Positions 9,414-18,174 of a DNA stretch of 62,412 bases are shown piece by piece. A program made the position numbers and the translations under genes. Numbering within the stretch: the first letter of the stretch is position 1; each line of letters starts with the position of its first letter. The notes under the pieces are model-generated. The model did no database searches. It worked only from the letters and a program-made list of their open reading frames with translations, and had not been told where the DNA came from. This stretch comes from Planctomycetaceae bacterium (lineage in GTDB: Bacteria; Planctomycetota; Phycisphaerae; Tepidisphaerales; Tepidisphaeraceae): positions 1 through 62,412 of the forward strand of contig JBIQLO010000001.1 in assembly GCA_044464175.1 (NCBI GenBank), in the 5' to 3' direction.

Positions 9414-9422
9414 TCGGCGCAT

Positions 9423-10157
9423 ATGATTCGTCTGACGCGGCATGGATTTCGGGAGATGCTCATCGGGTCGCTGGTGCTGATTGCGGTGGGCGTGGTGGTG
9501 GGTTATGCGCTCTGGTGGCCGCTGTCGCTGCTGGTGATTCCGGTGCTGGTGTGGCTGTTCGCGTTCTTCCGCGATCCCGAGCGGCTGGTGCCGGCGGTGC
9601 AGCACGCGATGGTCAGTCCGGCCGACGGCGTGGTCTCGGACATCACGGACATTCCGCATGACGAGCTGTTGGGCGGCCCGGCGGTGCGGGTGGGGATTTT
9701 CCTGTCCGTCTTCAACGTCCATATCAACCGCAGCCCATGCGACGGGCGGGTGATCGCCACCAACTACAAGCCGGGGAAGTTCATCAATGCGATGAAGCAC
9801 GACCAGGCGTCCAGCGAGAATGAGTCGAACACGGTGGTGCTGGCCGAACCGCACGGCGAGCGTCCCATCGCGGTGGTGAAGCAGATTGTCGGGCTGATTG
9901 CCCGGCGGATCGTCTGCACGGTAAGCAACGGCGATATCGTGGAGCGGGGGCAGCGGATCGGCATGATCAAATTCGGCAGCCGGACGGAACTGAGCATTCC
10001 GAAGTGGATGGGGCCAAAAATTCAGGTGAAGATCGGGCAGCCGGTGCGCGGGGCGGCGGACATCATCGCCCTGCTGGAGCAGGGTGTGCACACGGAGACG
10101 CCGGCCGCCGGGACGGATGAATTTGAGCCGATCGTAGGACGGGAAAGCCCGGCGTGA
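9423..10157 (+). CDS. psd: Phosphatidylserine decarboxylase (short form)
   Basis: FNVHINRSPCDGRV core and an FGSRTE self-cleavage (G-S) region. N-terminal membrane helices. Confidence 0.9.
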   Translation: MIRLTRHGFREMLIGSLVLIAVGVVVGYALWWPLSLLVIPVLVWLFAFFRDPERLVPAVQHAMVSPADGVVSDITDIPHDELLGGPAVRVGIFLSVFNVHINRSPCDGRVIATNYKPGKFINAMKHDQASSENESNTVVLAEPHGERPIAVVKQIVGLIARRIVCTVSNGDIVERGQRIGMIKFGSRTELSIPKWMGPKIQVKIGQPVRGAADIIALLEQGVHTETPAAGTDEFEPIVGRESPA

Positions 10158-10165
10158 ACATGGAC

Positions 10166-10194
10166 AATGGAAAATGGAAAATGAAAAATGGAAA
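10166..10194. repeat. Left arm of a perfect 29-bp inverted repeat (GGAAAAT heptamers)
   Basis: AATGGAAAATGGAAAATGAAAAATGGAAA is the exact reverse complement of 10583-10611. Confidence 0.95.
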
Positions 10195-10560
10195 TCAGGC
10201 GCGGCGGCGAGCGGTGACAATGGCTCGTCCGAGCATGCGGGCGATTTCCGAGGTTTCCCGGCGGACATCGGCGATGCGGGGTTCCTGAACCAACCTGGTT
10301 TCCACAATCAGCCGCAACCAATAAAGGGTTTCTCTCGCTTCCTTCAATGCGATGAGGTATTTGGCGACGAAATCAGCTTTGCTCTGAGCGGCCTGCCCTT
10401 CCTCGATATTTGCGCCGATGGAAGTTCCGGCGCGCAGCAACTGACTGGCGAGGGTGCGCGGCGTTCCAGGCTGGCGGTCCAAAAAGCGACAAAGATGAAC
10501 AATCCGGACCGCCAATCCGAAAGACCGGTCGGGAATGCTGGAAGATGTGGGAGTAATCAT
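10195..10560 (-). CDS. Four-helix-bundle protein (23S rRNA intervening-sequence protein family)
   Basis: 122 aa counted from the ATG at 10560. The motif LLRAGTSIGANIEEGQAAQSKADFVAKYLIALKEARETLYWLRL is characteristic of this family. The longer ORF-track start runs into the repeat arm. Confidence 0.85.
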   Translation of the reverse strand: MITPTSSSIPDRSFGLAVRIVHLCRFLDRQPGTPRTLASQLLRAGTSIGANIEEGQAAQSKADFVAKYLIALKEARETLYWLRLIVETRLVQEPRIADVRRETSEIARMLGRAIVTARRRA

Positions 10561-10582
10561 TCCTTCATCATGGCCCTTCCAT

Positions 10583-10611
10583 TTTCCATTTTTCATTTTC
10601 CATTTTCCATT
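10583..10611. repeat. Right arm of the perfect 29-bp inverted repeat
   Basis: TTTCCATTTTTCATTTTCCATTTTCCATT. Ends 4 nt before the pssA ATG. Confidence 0.95.
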
Positions 10612-10615
10612 TGAC

Positions 10616-11518
10616 ATGCCTCCCCTTCCCTCCAACTCCGTCCATCATCTGCATCGCCGCCAGCGGCGGCGGTGGCGCCGGCGGCGGGCGTATATCCGCT
10701 CGGTCTACTTTCTGCCCAGCCTGGCGACCCTGGGCAATGCGATCTGCGGGTTCGCGGCCATTTATGTGGCAGCATTGGATCCGTCGCTGCCCAGCGCCGA
10801 CTGGCTGACGGCGCGCTTCGCCGAGCACCGATTCACGGTGGCGGCCTATCTGATCTTCTTCGCCATGGTCTTTGACGCCCTGGACGGGCGGCTGGCGCGG
10901 TTTGCCCGGCATACGACCGATTTCGGCGGGCAGCTGGACAGCTTGGCGGATGTGCTGAGCTTTGGGGCGGCGCCGGCGTTTCTGGCGCTGCAGGCGTTTA
11001 AGGCGGGGTACCCGGATGTGCCGACGATCCTGTCGCGGCTGATCTGGGCGGTCGGGGCGCTGTTCATGAGCTGTGCGGCCATGCGCCTGGCGCGGTTCAA
11101 TGTCAGCAATGAGCATGGGGAACAGCACCACTTCAGCTTCCTGGGGCTGCCCAGCCCCGGGGCGGGGGCGGCCGTGGCATCGCTGGTGCTACTGGAACAA
11201 TATCTGCAGAACCACGGCCTGGCGTGGCTGTCGGCAATGTGCCTGTGGCTGCTGCCGCCGGTGGTGCTGGGAGCGGGGCTGCTGATGGTCAGCGCGGTGC
11301 GGTATCCGCACATGGTGAACCGGTATCTTCGGGGCAAGCGCTCAATCGCGCGGCTGGTGGCCGTGCTGGTGATCGCGCTGCTGTTCGTGGTGGCGCATCA
11401 GGTGACGCTGGCGATCGGCGCGCTGGGGTATGCGGCGTACGGGCCTGCATTGTGGCTGCTGGCGCGATGGCGCAAGAGCGGGGCGGGCGAGATGCCACAC
11501 ACCCAGCCGAATTCCTAG
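10616..11518 (+). CDS. pssA: CDP-diacylglycerol--serine O-phosphatidyltransferase
   Basis: CDP-alcohol phosphatidyltransferase motif DGRLAR...G...DSLAD. Multiple TM helices. ATG at 10616; the upstream ORF-track extension is repeat-encoded. Confidence 0.9.
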   Translation: MPPLPSNSVHHLHRRQRRRWRRRRAYIRSVYFLPSLATLGNAICGFAAIYVAALDPSLPSADWLTARFAEHRFTVAAYLIFFAMVFDALDGRLARFARHTTDFGGQLDSLADVLSFGAAPAFLALQAFKAGYPDVPTILSRLIWAVGALFMSCAAMRLARFNVSNEHGEQHHFSFLGLPSPGAGAAVASLVLLEQYLQNHGLAWLSAMCLWLLPPVVLGAGLLMVSAVRYPHMVNRYLRGKRSIARLVAVLVIALLFVVAHQVTLAIGALGYAAYGPALWLLARWRKSGAGEMPHTQPNS

Positions 11519-11659
11519 ATTGCAGATGAATCTCCAGGCGCCACGAGGCAGCGGACGGGCTGATTCCGGCAGTGGCATGCCGTGGGCTATGCGTCCTGGC
11601 ATGCCAGAACTCGCAACCCCCCTCTCCACCCTTGCACTGCGCCACCACGCCTAAACAAC

Positions 11660-11698
11660 AAAGGCATGATGGATTGCTCCATCATGCCTTTGGATTTT
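11660..11698. terminator. Bidirectional intrinsic terminator between pssA and fusA
   Basis: AAAGGCATGATGG / CCATCATGCCTTT 13-bp stem with a 6-nt loop. A-rich on the left and T-rich (GGATTTT) on the right. Confidence 0.6.
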
Positions 11699-11723
11699 AG
11701 GTTCCGGCCCGTTCAGGCACGGC

Positions 11724-13829
11724 TTAGCCGACTTCTTCCAGGATCTGGTTCTTCACCTGGGCGGGCACCGGCGCGTACTTGCTGGGCTCCATGACGGAGC
11801 TGGCGCGGCCCTGGCTCATGGAGCGAAGTTCGGTGGTGTAGCCGAACATCTCGCTCAGGGGCACCTCGGCCTCGATGACGCGGGTGTTGCCGCGCTGTTC
11901 CATGTTGACAATGGAACCGCGCCGCTTGCTCAGGTCGCCCGTGACGGAGCCGACAAAGTCCTCGGGGGTCGTGATGACCAGCTTCATGATCGGTTCCAGG
12001 AGCGTGAGGCCGGCCTTCTGGCAGGCCTCCTTGAAGGCCAGCGAGCCGGCCTGCTCGAAGGCGACCTGCGAACTGTCAACGGGGTGATAAGAACCATCCA
12101 GCAACGTGCATTTGACGTTGATGAGGGGGAAGTTGGCCAGCACGCCGCTCTTGGCGGTCATGCGGGCACCATATTCCACCGAGGGGATGTATTCCTTGGG
12201 GATCGCACCGCCGAAGACCTTGTTCTCGAAGGCGAAGTTGTCGGTGAACTTGAGTTCGGCCTCCTTGGCCTCCTCCTCGGTGAAGGGCTCGACGGAGACG
12301 GTGGCATCGCCGAACTGGCCGCGACCGCCGGTCTGCTTGACGAACTTGCCGCGGGCCTCGGCCTTCTTGGTGATGGTCTCCTTGTAGGCGACCTTCGGCT
12401 TTCCGACCAGCACATCCACCTTCATGTCGCGCGTCAGCTTGTTGCGGAGAATCTCCAGGTGAAGCTCGCCCATGCCGGCGATGATGGTCTGGCCGGTCTG
12501 CTCGTCGTAGTTGGCCTGGAAGGTGGGGTCCTCGCGCTTGAGGGTGGTGAGGGCCTCACCCAGCTTCTGCTTGTCGCCGGCGGTCTTGGGCTCGATGGAC
12601 ATGCTGATGACCGGCTCTGGGAAGCTGGGCTTCTCCAGCAGGATCGGGTTGTCCATATCGCACAGGGTATCGCCGGTGAGGGCCTCCTTGATGCCGATGC
12701 AGGCGACGATGTCGCCGGGCTCGGCCACATCCAGCGGATTGCGGTCGGAGGCGTGCATCTGGAACATGCGGCTGATGTTTTCCTTCTTGTTGCGGCTGGC
12801 GTTGAGGACGCGGGTCCCCTTTTCCAGCTTGCCGCTGTAAACACGAACATAGGTCAGGTCGCCGTGCTGGTCATTGACTATCTTGAATGCCAGGCCGCAG
12901 AAGGGCTCATTGGGATCGGGATGACGCTCGATGATCTTGGCTTCATCCTTGAGATCATGCCCCTTGATGGGCGGCAGATCGAGCGGGCTGGGCAGGTAAT
13001 CGAGGACGCCGTCGAGCAGGCGCTGGACGCCGACGTACTTCAAGGCCGACCCGCAGAAAACGGGGTGAGCCAGGAAGTTGATGGTCGCCTTGCGCAGGGC
13101 GGCCTTCAGCTCCGGTTCGGAGATTTCCTCGCCGCTGAGGTATTTTTCGGTCAAGGCGTCGTCGGTCTCGGCCACCCGCTCGATCAGCTCATGGCGCCAC
13201 TTCTCGTAGCGCTCCTGCTCGTCGGCGGGGATGGGCTTCTCCTCCCACTTGGAGCCCTTGTCGTTCACATCCATGGAGTAGTAGATGGCCACGCCGCGGA
13301 GCAGATCGATCATGCCTTGGAAGGTGGAACCCTGGCCAATGGGAATCTGGACCGCCACGGCCGGAGCGCCCAGGCGCTCGCGGATGGAGTTGAAGCTGAA
13401 GTCGAAATCGGCGCCCAGTTTGTCCATCTTGTTGATGAAGCAGAGGCGGGGGACGTTGTACTTGGTGGCCTGACGCCAGACGGTTTCGGACTGGGCCTCG
13501 ACGCCCTCCTTGCCGTCGAAAACGGCAACCGCGCCGTCGAGGACGCGGAGGGAGCGTTCGACCTCAACCGTGAAGTCCACGTGTCCGGGGGTGTCGATCA
13601 GGTTGATGATGTGGTCCTTCCAGGGGCAGGTGGTGGCGGCCGACTGGATGGTGATGCCGCGTTTCTGCTCTTCCTCCAGGAAGTCCATGACGGCGGTTCC
13701 CTCGTGGACCTCGCCCATCTTGTAGGTTTTGCCGGTGTAGTAGAGGATGCGCTCGCTACAGGTGGTTTTGCCCGCGTCGATGTGCGCGGCGATGCCGATG
13801 TTGCGGATTTTGGTGAGGTCGCGTGCCAT
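11724..13829 (-). CDS. fusA: Elongation factor G
   Basis: [23 protein letters not shown] (G1), DTPGH (G3), NKMD (G4), and full five-domain length. ATG at 13829. Confidence 0.95.
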   Translation of the reverse strand: MARDLTKIRNIGIAAHIDAGKTTCSERILYYTGKTYKMGEVHEGTAVMDFLEEEQKRGITIQSAATTCPWKDHIINLIDTPGHVDFTVEVERSLRVLDGAVAVFDGKEGVEAQSETVWRQATKYNVPRLCFINKMDKLGADFDFSFNSIRERLGAPAVAVQIPIGQGSTFQGMIDLLRGVAIYYSMDVNDKGSKWEEKPIPADEQERYEKWRHELIERVAETDDALTEKYLSGEEISEPELKAALRKATINFLAHPVFCGSALKYVGVQRLLDGVLDYLPSPLDLPPIKGHDLKDEAKIIERHPDPNEPFCGLAFKIVNDQHGDLTYVRVYSGKLEKGTRVLNASRNKKENISRMFQMHASDRNPLDVAEPGDIVACIGIKEALTGDTLCDMDNPILLEKPSFPEPVISMSIEPKTAGDKQKLGEALTTLKREDPTFQANYDEQTGQTIIAGMGELHLEILRNKLTRDMKVDVLVGKPKVAYKETITKKAEARGKFVKQTGGRGQFGDATVSVEPFTEEEAKEAELKFTDNFAFENKVFGGAIPKEYIPSVEYGARMTAKSGVLANFPLINVKCTLLDGSYHPVDSSQVAFEQAGSLAFKEACQKAGLTLLEPIMKLVITTPEDFVGSVTGDLSKRRGSIVNMEQRGNTRVIEAEVPLSEMFGYTTELRSMSQGRASSVMEPSKYAPVPAQVKNQILEEVG

Positions 13830-14211
13830 AGAAGTTCCTTTGCCAACCCCGGCTGTGGCGGGGTAAAACACCGGCCGCCCATGCGGCCGGACAGTATCCA
13901 TACGTCATTTCTGGTCGCAGGTTTGCTCGAAAGCGAGCGGCCGGCGGTGAGGGGGAGTACTGTAGCGATCTGGGGAGGTTCGTCAAGGGTTGGGATTCGG
14001 GATTTGGGGGAAATGGGTTCGTTTGAGAGGCGGGCCCGGAGGTGGAGTCAGGAGTCGGGAGGCACATGGCGGAGTGGAAGGCCGCTTGCATTCGGGGGGG
14101 GATTGGACTATCGTTTGGCCCATTGGTTCGGCCGCGTGGGCGGCCGGTTTTGTTAGGGACCGACCCTTGGCCGGAGGACGGCTGGGAGTTTGGTGGCTGG
14201 AGTAGTGGATT

Positions 14212-14481
14212 ATGGCGATCGCAGGCGAAGCGAAACAGGCGGTGGTTTCGGAGTACAAGGTTCACGAGAAGGACACGGGTTCTCCCGAGGTGCAGATCGC
14301 GTTGCTGACAACGCGGATTAATGAGCTGACTGAGCACCTGAAGACCCACAAGAAAGACCATTCCTCCCGTCGGGGATTGCTGAAGATGGTCGGAAAGCGC
14401 AACAGTCTGCTGAAGTATCTGACGCGCACGGACCGGACCCGCTATCTTCAGATCATCGCGCGTCTGGGACTGCGTAAGTAA
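14212..14481 (+). CDS. rpsO: 30S ribosomal protein S15
   Basis: 89 aa with the canonical [35 protein letters not shown] sequence. Confidence 0.95.
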   Translation: MAIAGEAKQAVVSEYKVHEKDTGSPEVQIALLTTRINELTEHLKTHKKDHSSRRGLLKMVGKRNSLLKYLTRTDRTRYLQIIARLGLRK

Positions 14482-14485
14482 CGGC

Positions 14486-14515
14486 ATGGCGTCCATCGGG
14501 GACGCCATTTTTATT
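14486..14515 (+). terminator. Intrinsic terminator/attenuator just after rpsO
   Basis: ATGGCGTCC / GGACGCCAT 9-bp stem with a 5-nt loop, followed by TTTTATT. Confidence 0.55.
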
Positions 14516-14594
14516 CATGGCCGGCCCGCGGCGCGCCTCTTTCGGCCTCGTGGCGGACGCCTCAGAAGAAAGCCGGCCTCGGCCCATTACCAAA

Positions 14595-14675
14595 GTTGCC
14601 AGTTTCCAGTTCGTAGGGTGGGCTTTAGCCCACCACCGCTGACTGGTGGTAAAGCCCACCCTACGAACTGGCAAC
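14595..14675. repeat. Long composite hairpin in the rpsO-pnp leader (CCAGTT outer arms plus GTAGGGTGGGCTTTA core)
   Basis: AGTTCGTAGGGTGGGCTTTA pairs perfectly (20 bp) with TAAAGCCCACCCTACGAACT. An inner CCACCA/TGGTGG stem and outer GTTGCCAG/CTGGCAAC also pair. Confidence 0.9.
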
Positions 14676-14730
14676 TGACAACTCCCTGTCGGGCCGATTC
14701 CCCCCTTGAGGCTGCTGAAGGATATTGTCT

Positions 14731-17028
14731 ATGCAAGCCATTCGAGTCGAACGCCAGATCGGCGGTCGTACGTTGCCTATCGAGACCGGCAGCTTTGCCC
14801 GCCAGGCCGATGGGTCGGTGACGGTTCAGTATGGTGAATCGATTGTTTTCGGCGCGGTGGTCCGCGCCAAGCCGCGCGAGGGGATCGATTTCTTCCCGCT
14901 TCAGGTCGATTACCGCGAGCGGCGGGCGGCGGCCGGGAAGTTCCCCGGCGGGTTCATGAAGCGCGAGGGGCGCCCCACCACCAAGGAAATCCTGACGGCC
15001 CGGCTGATTGACCGGCCGCTGCGTCCCTTGTTCCCCAAGGGGTTCATGGACGAGGTGCAGATTCACCTGAACGTGCTGACCTTTGACGGGCAGAACGACA
15101 CGGACATCTTTGCCGGCATCGCGGCCAGCGCGTCGGTGGCGATCAGCGATATTCCGTTTCTCACGCCCACGGCCCACGTGCGCGTGGGGCGGATCGATGG
15201 GGAATTCGTCCTGAACCCCACCGTTGAGCAGTTGGAATACAGCGAGTTTGACCTGGTGGTGGCCGGGACGAAGCATTTTGTGAACATGATCGAGATCGGG
15301 GCCCGCGAGGTGCCCGAGGACACGGTGGCCGACGCAATTGAGTTCGGGCACAAGGCGGTCATCGAGATCGTCGGCATGATTGAGGAGTTGCAGGGCAAGG
15401 CCGGCAAGGAGAAGGTGGGCGACATCAAGCATCCCGACGCCGGGTTTGTGGATGCGATCCGGGCGAAGGTGGCCGACCAGATCCGCGAGGTGAAGGGGAA
15501 GCCGGGCAAGCAGGACCGGGCCGAGGCCGTGGCGAACATCCTGGATAGCCTGCTGGAAGAGATGGCTCCGCCGGTGACGGATCCGAATGCGCCCTACCTG
15601 GCGATCGCCGCGCAGAAGGAAAAGGCGAAGCAGGTTCGAAGCATCTTCGCCGAAATCGAGGAAGAGGCGACGCGGCAGGCGATTCTGGACGGCGTCCGTC
15701 CCGACGGGCGCGGCTTCAACGACATTCGCCCGATCAGCTGCCAGGTGGGTCTGCTGCCCCGCGTGCACGGGTCGGCCGTCTTTACCCGCGGCGAGACGCA
15801 GGCGATGGTCACCGCCACCCTGGGCACCAGCAGCGATGAGCAGCTGGTGGACGGGCTGACGGAGGAATACAGCCAGAAGTTCATGCTGCACTACTACTTC
15901 CCCAGCTATAGCGTGGGCGAGGTGCGGCCGATTCGCGGGCCCGGCCGGCGCGAGATCGGGCACGGGGCGCTGGCCGAGCGCAGCCTGATCGCAGTGCTGC
16001 CGAGCGTGGAGGAATTCCCTTACACCGTGCGGCTGATCAGCGACATCCTGGAGTCCAACGGCAGCTCGTCGATGGCCAGCTCCTGCGGCGGCTGTCTGGC
16101 ACTCATGGATGCGGGCGTGCCGATCAAGAAGATGGTGGCGGGAATTTCCGTGGGCTTGGTGAAGGAGGGGGACAAACAGGTCCTGCTGACCGACATCCTG
16201 GGCGAAGAAGATCACTTCGGCGACATGGACTTCAAGGTGTGCGGCACGCGGGATGGGATCACGGCGATCCAGCTCGACATCAAGATCGAGGGGCTGGATT
16301 ACGGGATCATCCGCAAGACGCTCCACCGGGCCAAGGAGGCGCGACTGGTGATTCTGGACAAGATGAGCCAGACGCTCGACGCGCCGCGGCCTCAAATCAG
16401 CGAGTACGCCCCGCGTCTGCTGACGATCAAGATTGACCCGGAGAAGATCGGCAAGCTCATCGGCCCGGGCGGCAAGACGATCAAGAAGATCCAGGAGGAG
16501 ACCGGCGCCAACATCGACATCGAAGACGACGGCACGGTCTACATCAGCGCGGTGGACGGCGCGGCGGCCGAGAAGTGCCGCGACATCGTCGAGGCGATGA
16601 CGGCGGAGGTGAAGGTCGGGCGCATCTACACCGGCAAGGTGGTGAGCATCAAGGATTTCGGTGCGTTTGTCGAAATCGCCCCGGACACCGACGGCCTGTG
16701 CCACGTGTCGGAATTATCCAGCCACTATGTGGAGCAGGTGACCAATTTCGTGCACATGGGCGACGAAATCCCGGTGAAGGTGATCCTGATCGACGATCAG
16801 GGGCGCATCAAGCTCAGCCGCAAGGAAGCCCTGAAGGAACTGGGCCAGGAAGACCCGGAACCGGTGCAGAGCGAGCGGCCAGAGGGCGACGATGACGCCG
16901 GCAACCGGAGCGAGCGGCATGATCGGGGCGGCGACCGCGGTGGACGCGGCGGCGATCGGGGCGGTCGCGGCGGACGGGGTGGACGCGGCGGGCGCGGTGG
17001 CGACCGCGGTGGACGCCGGGACGATTAA
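14731..17028 (+). CDS. pnp: Polyribonucleotide nucleotidyltransferase (PNPase) with a C-terminal Arg/Gly-rich tail
   Basis: Two RNase PH domains, a KH domain ([15 protein letters not shown]), an S1 domain ([15 protein letters not shown]), then the tail [34 protein letters not shown] at 14731. Confidence 0.95.
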   Translation: MQAIRVERQIGGRTLPIETGSFARQADGSVTVQYGESIVFGAVVRAKPREGIDFFPLQVDYRERRAAAGKFPGGFMKREGRPTTKEILTARLIDRPLRPLFPKGFMDEVQIHLNVLTFDGQNDTDIFAGIAASASVAISDIPFLTPTAHVRVGRIDGEFVLNPTVEQLEYSEFDLVVAGTKHFVNMIEIGAREVPEDTVADAIEFGHKAVIEIVGMIEELQGKAGKEKVGDIKHPDAGFVDAIRAKVADQIREVKGKPGKQDRAEAVANILDSLLEEMAPPVTDPNAPYLAIAAQKEKAKQVRSIFAEIEEEATRQAILDGVRPDGRGFNDIRPISCQVGLLPRVHGSAVFTRGETQAMVTATLGTSSDEQLVDGLTEEYSQKFMLHYYFPSYSVGEVRPIRGPGRREIGHGALAERSLIAVLPSVEEFPYTVRLISDILESNGSSSMASSCGGCLALMDAGVPIKKMVAGISVGLVKEGDKQVLLTDILGEEDHFGDMDFKVCGTRDGITAIQLDIKIEGLDYGIIRKTLHRAKEARLVILDKMSQTLDAPRPQISEYAPRLLTIKIDPEKIGKLIGPGGKTIKKIQEETGANIDIEDDGTVYISAVDGAAAEKCRDIVEAMTAEVKVGRIYTGKVVSIKDFGAFVEIAPDTDGLCHVSELSSHYVEQVTNFVHMGDEIPVKVILIDDQGRIKLSRKEALKELGQEDPEPVQSERPEGDDDAGNRSERHDRGGDRGGRGGDRGGRGGRGGRGGRGGDRGGRRDD

Positions 17029-17047
17029 GTTCAGCCCCTCAAAACCC

Positions 17048-17086
17048 AAACGCCGTGAAGAGGTTTCTCTTCACGGCGTTTTTTTT
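17048..17086 (+). terminator. Intrinsic terminator of pnp
   Basis: AAACGCCGTGAAGAG / CTCTTCACGGCGTTT 15-bp stem followed by a T run. Confidence 0.75.
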
Positions 17087-17210
17087 GACCGGTGCGGCGC
17101 CTCCGTCGAGCCCCGGGAAAAAGCCCGGCATGGCAATGGTCTTCTGGAGCAGGGATGGAGCCGTAGAACAAGCGCTGTCGCGCGGGGAGGCGGCGGCTAT
17201 GCTTTGATCC

Positions 17211-18143
17211 ATGAACCAGGAACAGGTTCCATGGCCGCCATTGCCGCTGGAGGCATGGAAGGAGACGGCGCAGACGCTCCATCTCTGGATGCAGATCGTG
17301 GGAAAAATCCGGCTCACGCAGACGCCATGGATCAACCATTCGTGGCACGTGCCGCTTTACGTCACCGCGCGGGGAATGACGACCTCACCGATGCCGCATG
17401 GGCGGCGGCTGTTTCAGATTGATTTTGATTTCATCGATCACCGGCTGCTGATTGAAGCGAACGATGGGATGATTCGCCACATGACGCTGCGGGCGCGTTC
17501 GGTGGCCGATTTTTATCTGGAACTGACCACGCTTTTGGCCGGCATGGGGCTGGGGGTGCGGCTTGACACAACGCCCAATGAAATCGCTGATGCCATTCCC
17601 TTTGAGAAGGACCAGACCCACGCCTCTTACGATCCGGAGTACGCTAACCGATTCTGGCGTGCCACGGCCCAGGCGGATCGGGTTTTCCAGCAGTTTCGCG
17701 CGAGGTTCGTGGGCAAATGCAGCCCTGTGCATTTTTTCTGGGGGAGTTTCGACCTGGCGGTGACGCGCTTTTCCGGGCGGAGGGCGCCGGAGCATGCCGG
17801 CGGCGTCCCGCATCTGCCGGATTGGGTGGTGCGGGAGGCTTATTCGCAGGAGGTGTGTAGCTGCGGCTTTTGGCCGGGGGGAGAGCCGACGCCGTTTCCG
17901 CTCTTTTACTCATACGCCTATCCCGAGCCGCCGGGGTATGCCGCGGCGACGGTGCGCCCGCAAGGGGCGGAATACCATCCCGGACTGCGCGAGTTCATTC
18001 TGCCCTACGAAGCCGTGCGGCAGGCGGCATCGCCGGATGCGGTGCTGTTGGAATTTCTGCAAAGCACGTACGACGCGGCGGCCAATCTGGGAAAATGGGA
18101 CCGAGCCGGCCTGGAATGGGATGGGCCGCCGAAATTGAAGTAG
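17211..18143 (+). CDS. DUF5996-family protein (uncharacterized)
   Basis: The N-terminus WPPLPLEAWKETAQTLHLWMQIVGKIRL...NHSWHVPLYVTARGMTT matches my recollection of this family. No HMM was run. Confidence 0.55.
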   Translation: MNQEQVPWPPLPLEAWKETAQTLHLWMQIVGKIRLTQTPWINHSWHVPLYVTARGMTTSPMPHGRRLFQIDFDFIDHRLLIEANDGMIRHMTLRARSVADFYLELTTLLAGMGLGVRLDTTPNEIADAIPFEKDQTHASYDPEYANRFWRATAQADRVFQQFRARFVGKCSPVHFFWGSFDLAVTRFSGRRAPEHAGGVPHLPDWVVREAYSQEVCSCGFWPGGEPTPFPLFYSYAYPEPPGYAAATVRPQGAEYHPGLREFILPYEAVRQAASPDAVLLEFLQSTYDAAANLGKWDRAGLEWDGPPKLK

Positions 18144-18174
18144 AAGATATCGAAGGTTCCAATGCGCCGGGCCA

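Noticed and set aside
10158-10615. Four-helix-bundle cassette as a classical insertion sequence or MITE.
   Set aside because: There is no transposase, and I could find no target-site duplication flanking the arms. The arms are simple heptamer arrays rather than typical terminal inverted repeats. It is retained as a finding, but not called a mobile_element.
11573-11606. Hairpin TGGCATGCC..GGCATGCCA downstream of pssA as a terminator.
   Set aside because: The 9-bp stem has a 16-nt loop and no following T run. The stronger terminator-like structure at 11660-11698 better explains termination for both convergent genes.
12084-14156. 690-aa plus-strand ORF, and similar very long ORFs at 14587-16704 (-), 18499-21303 (+), 22631-24190 (+), 25709-27481 (+), 27487-29823 (+), 38239-40344 (-), 42664-45000 (-), 47039-48649 (+).
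   Set aside because: Each lies antisense to a gene with unmistakable family motifs (fusA, pnp, DUF4838, oxidoreductase, nuoM, nuoL, thrS, GspE). Their translations are low-complexity and rich in G/A/R/D/L/V, typical of shadow ORFs in high-G+C DNA.
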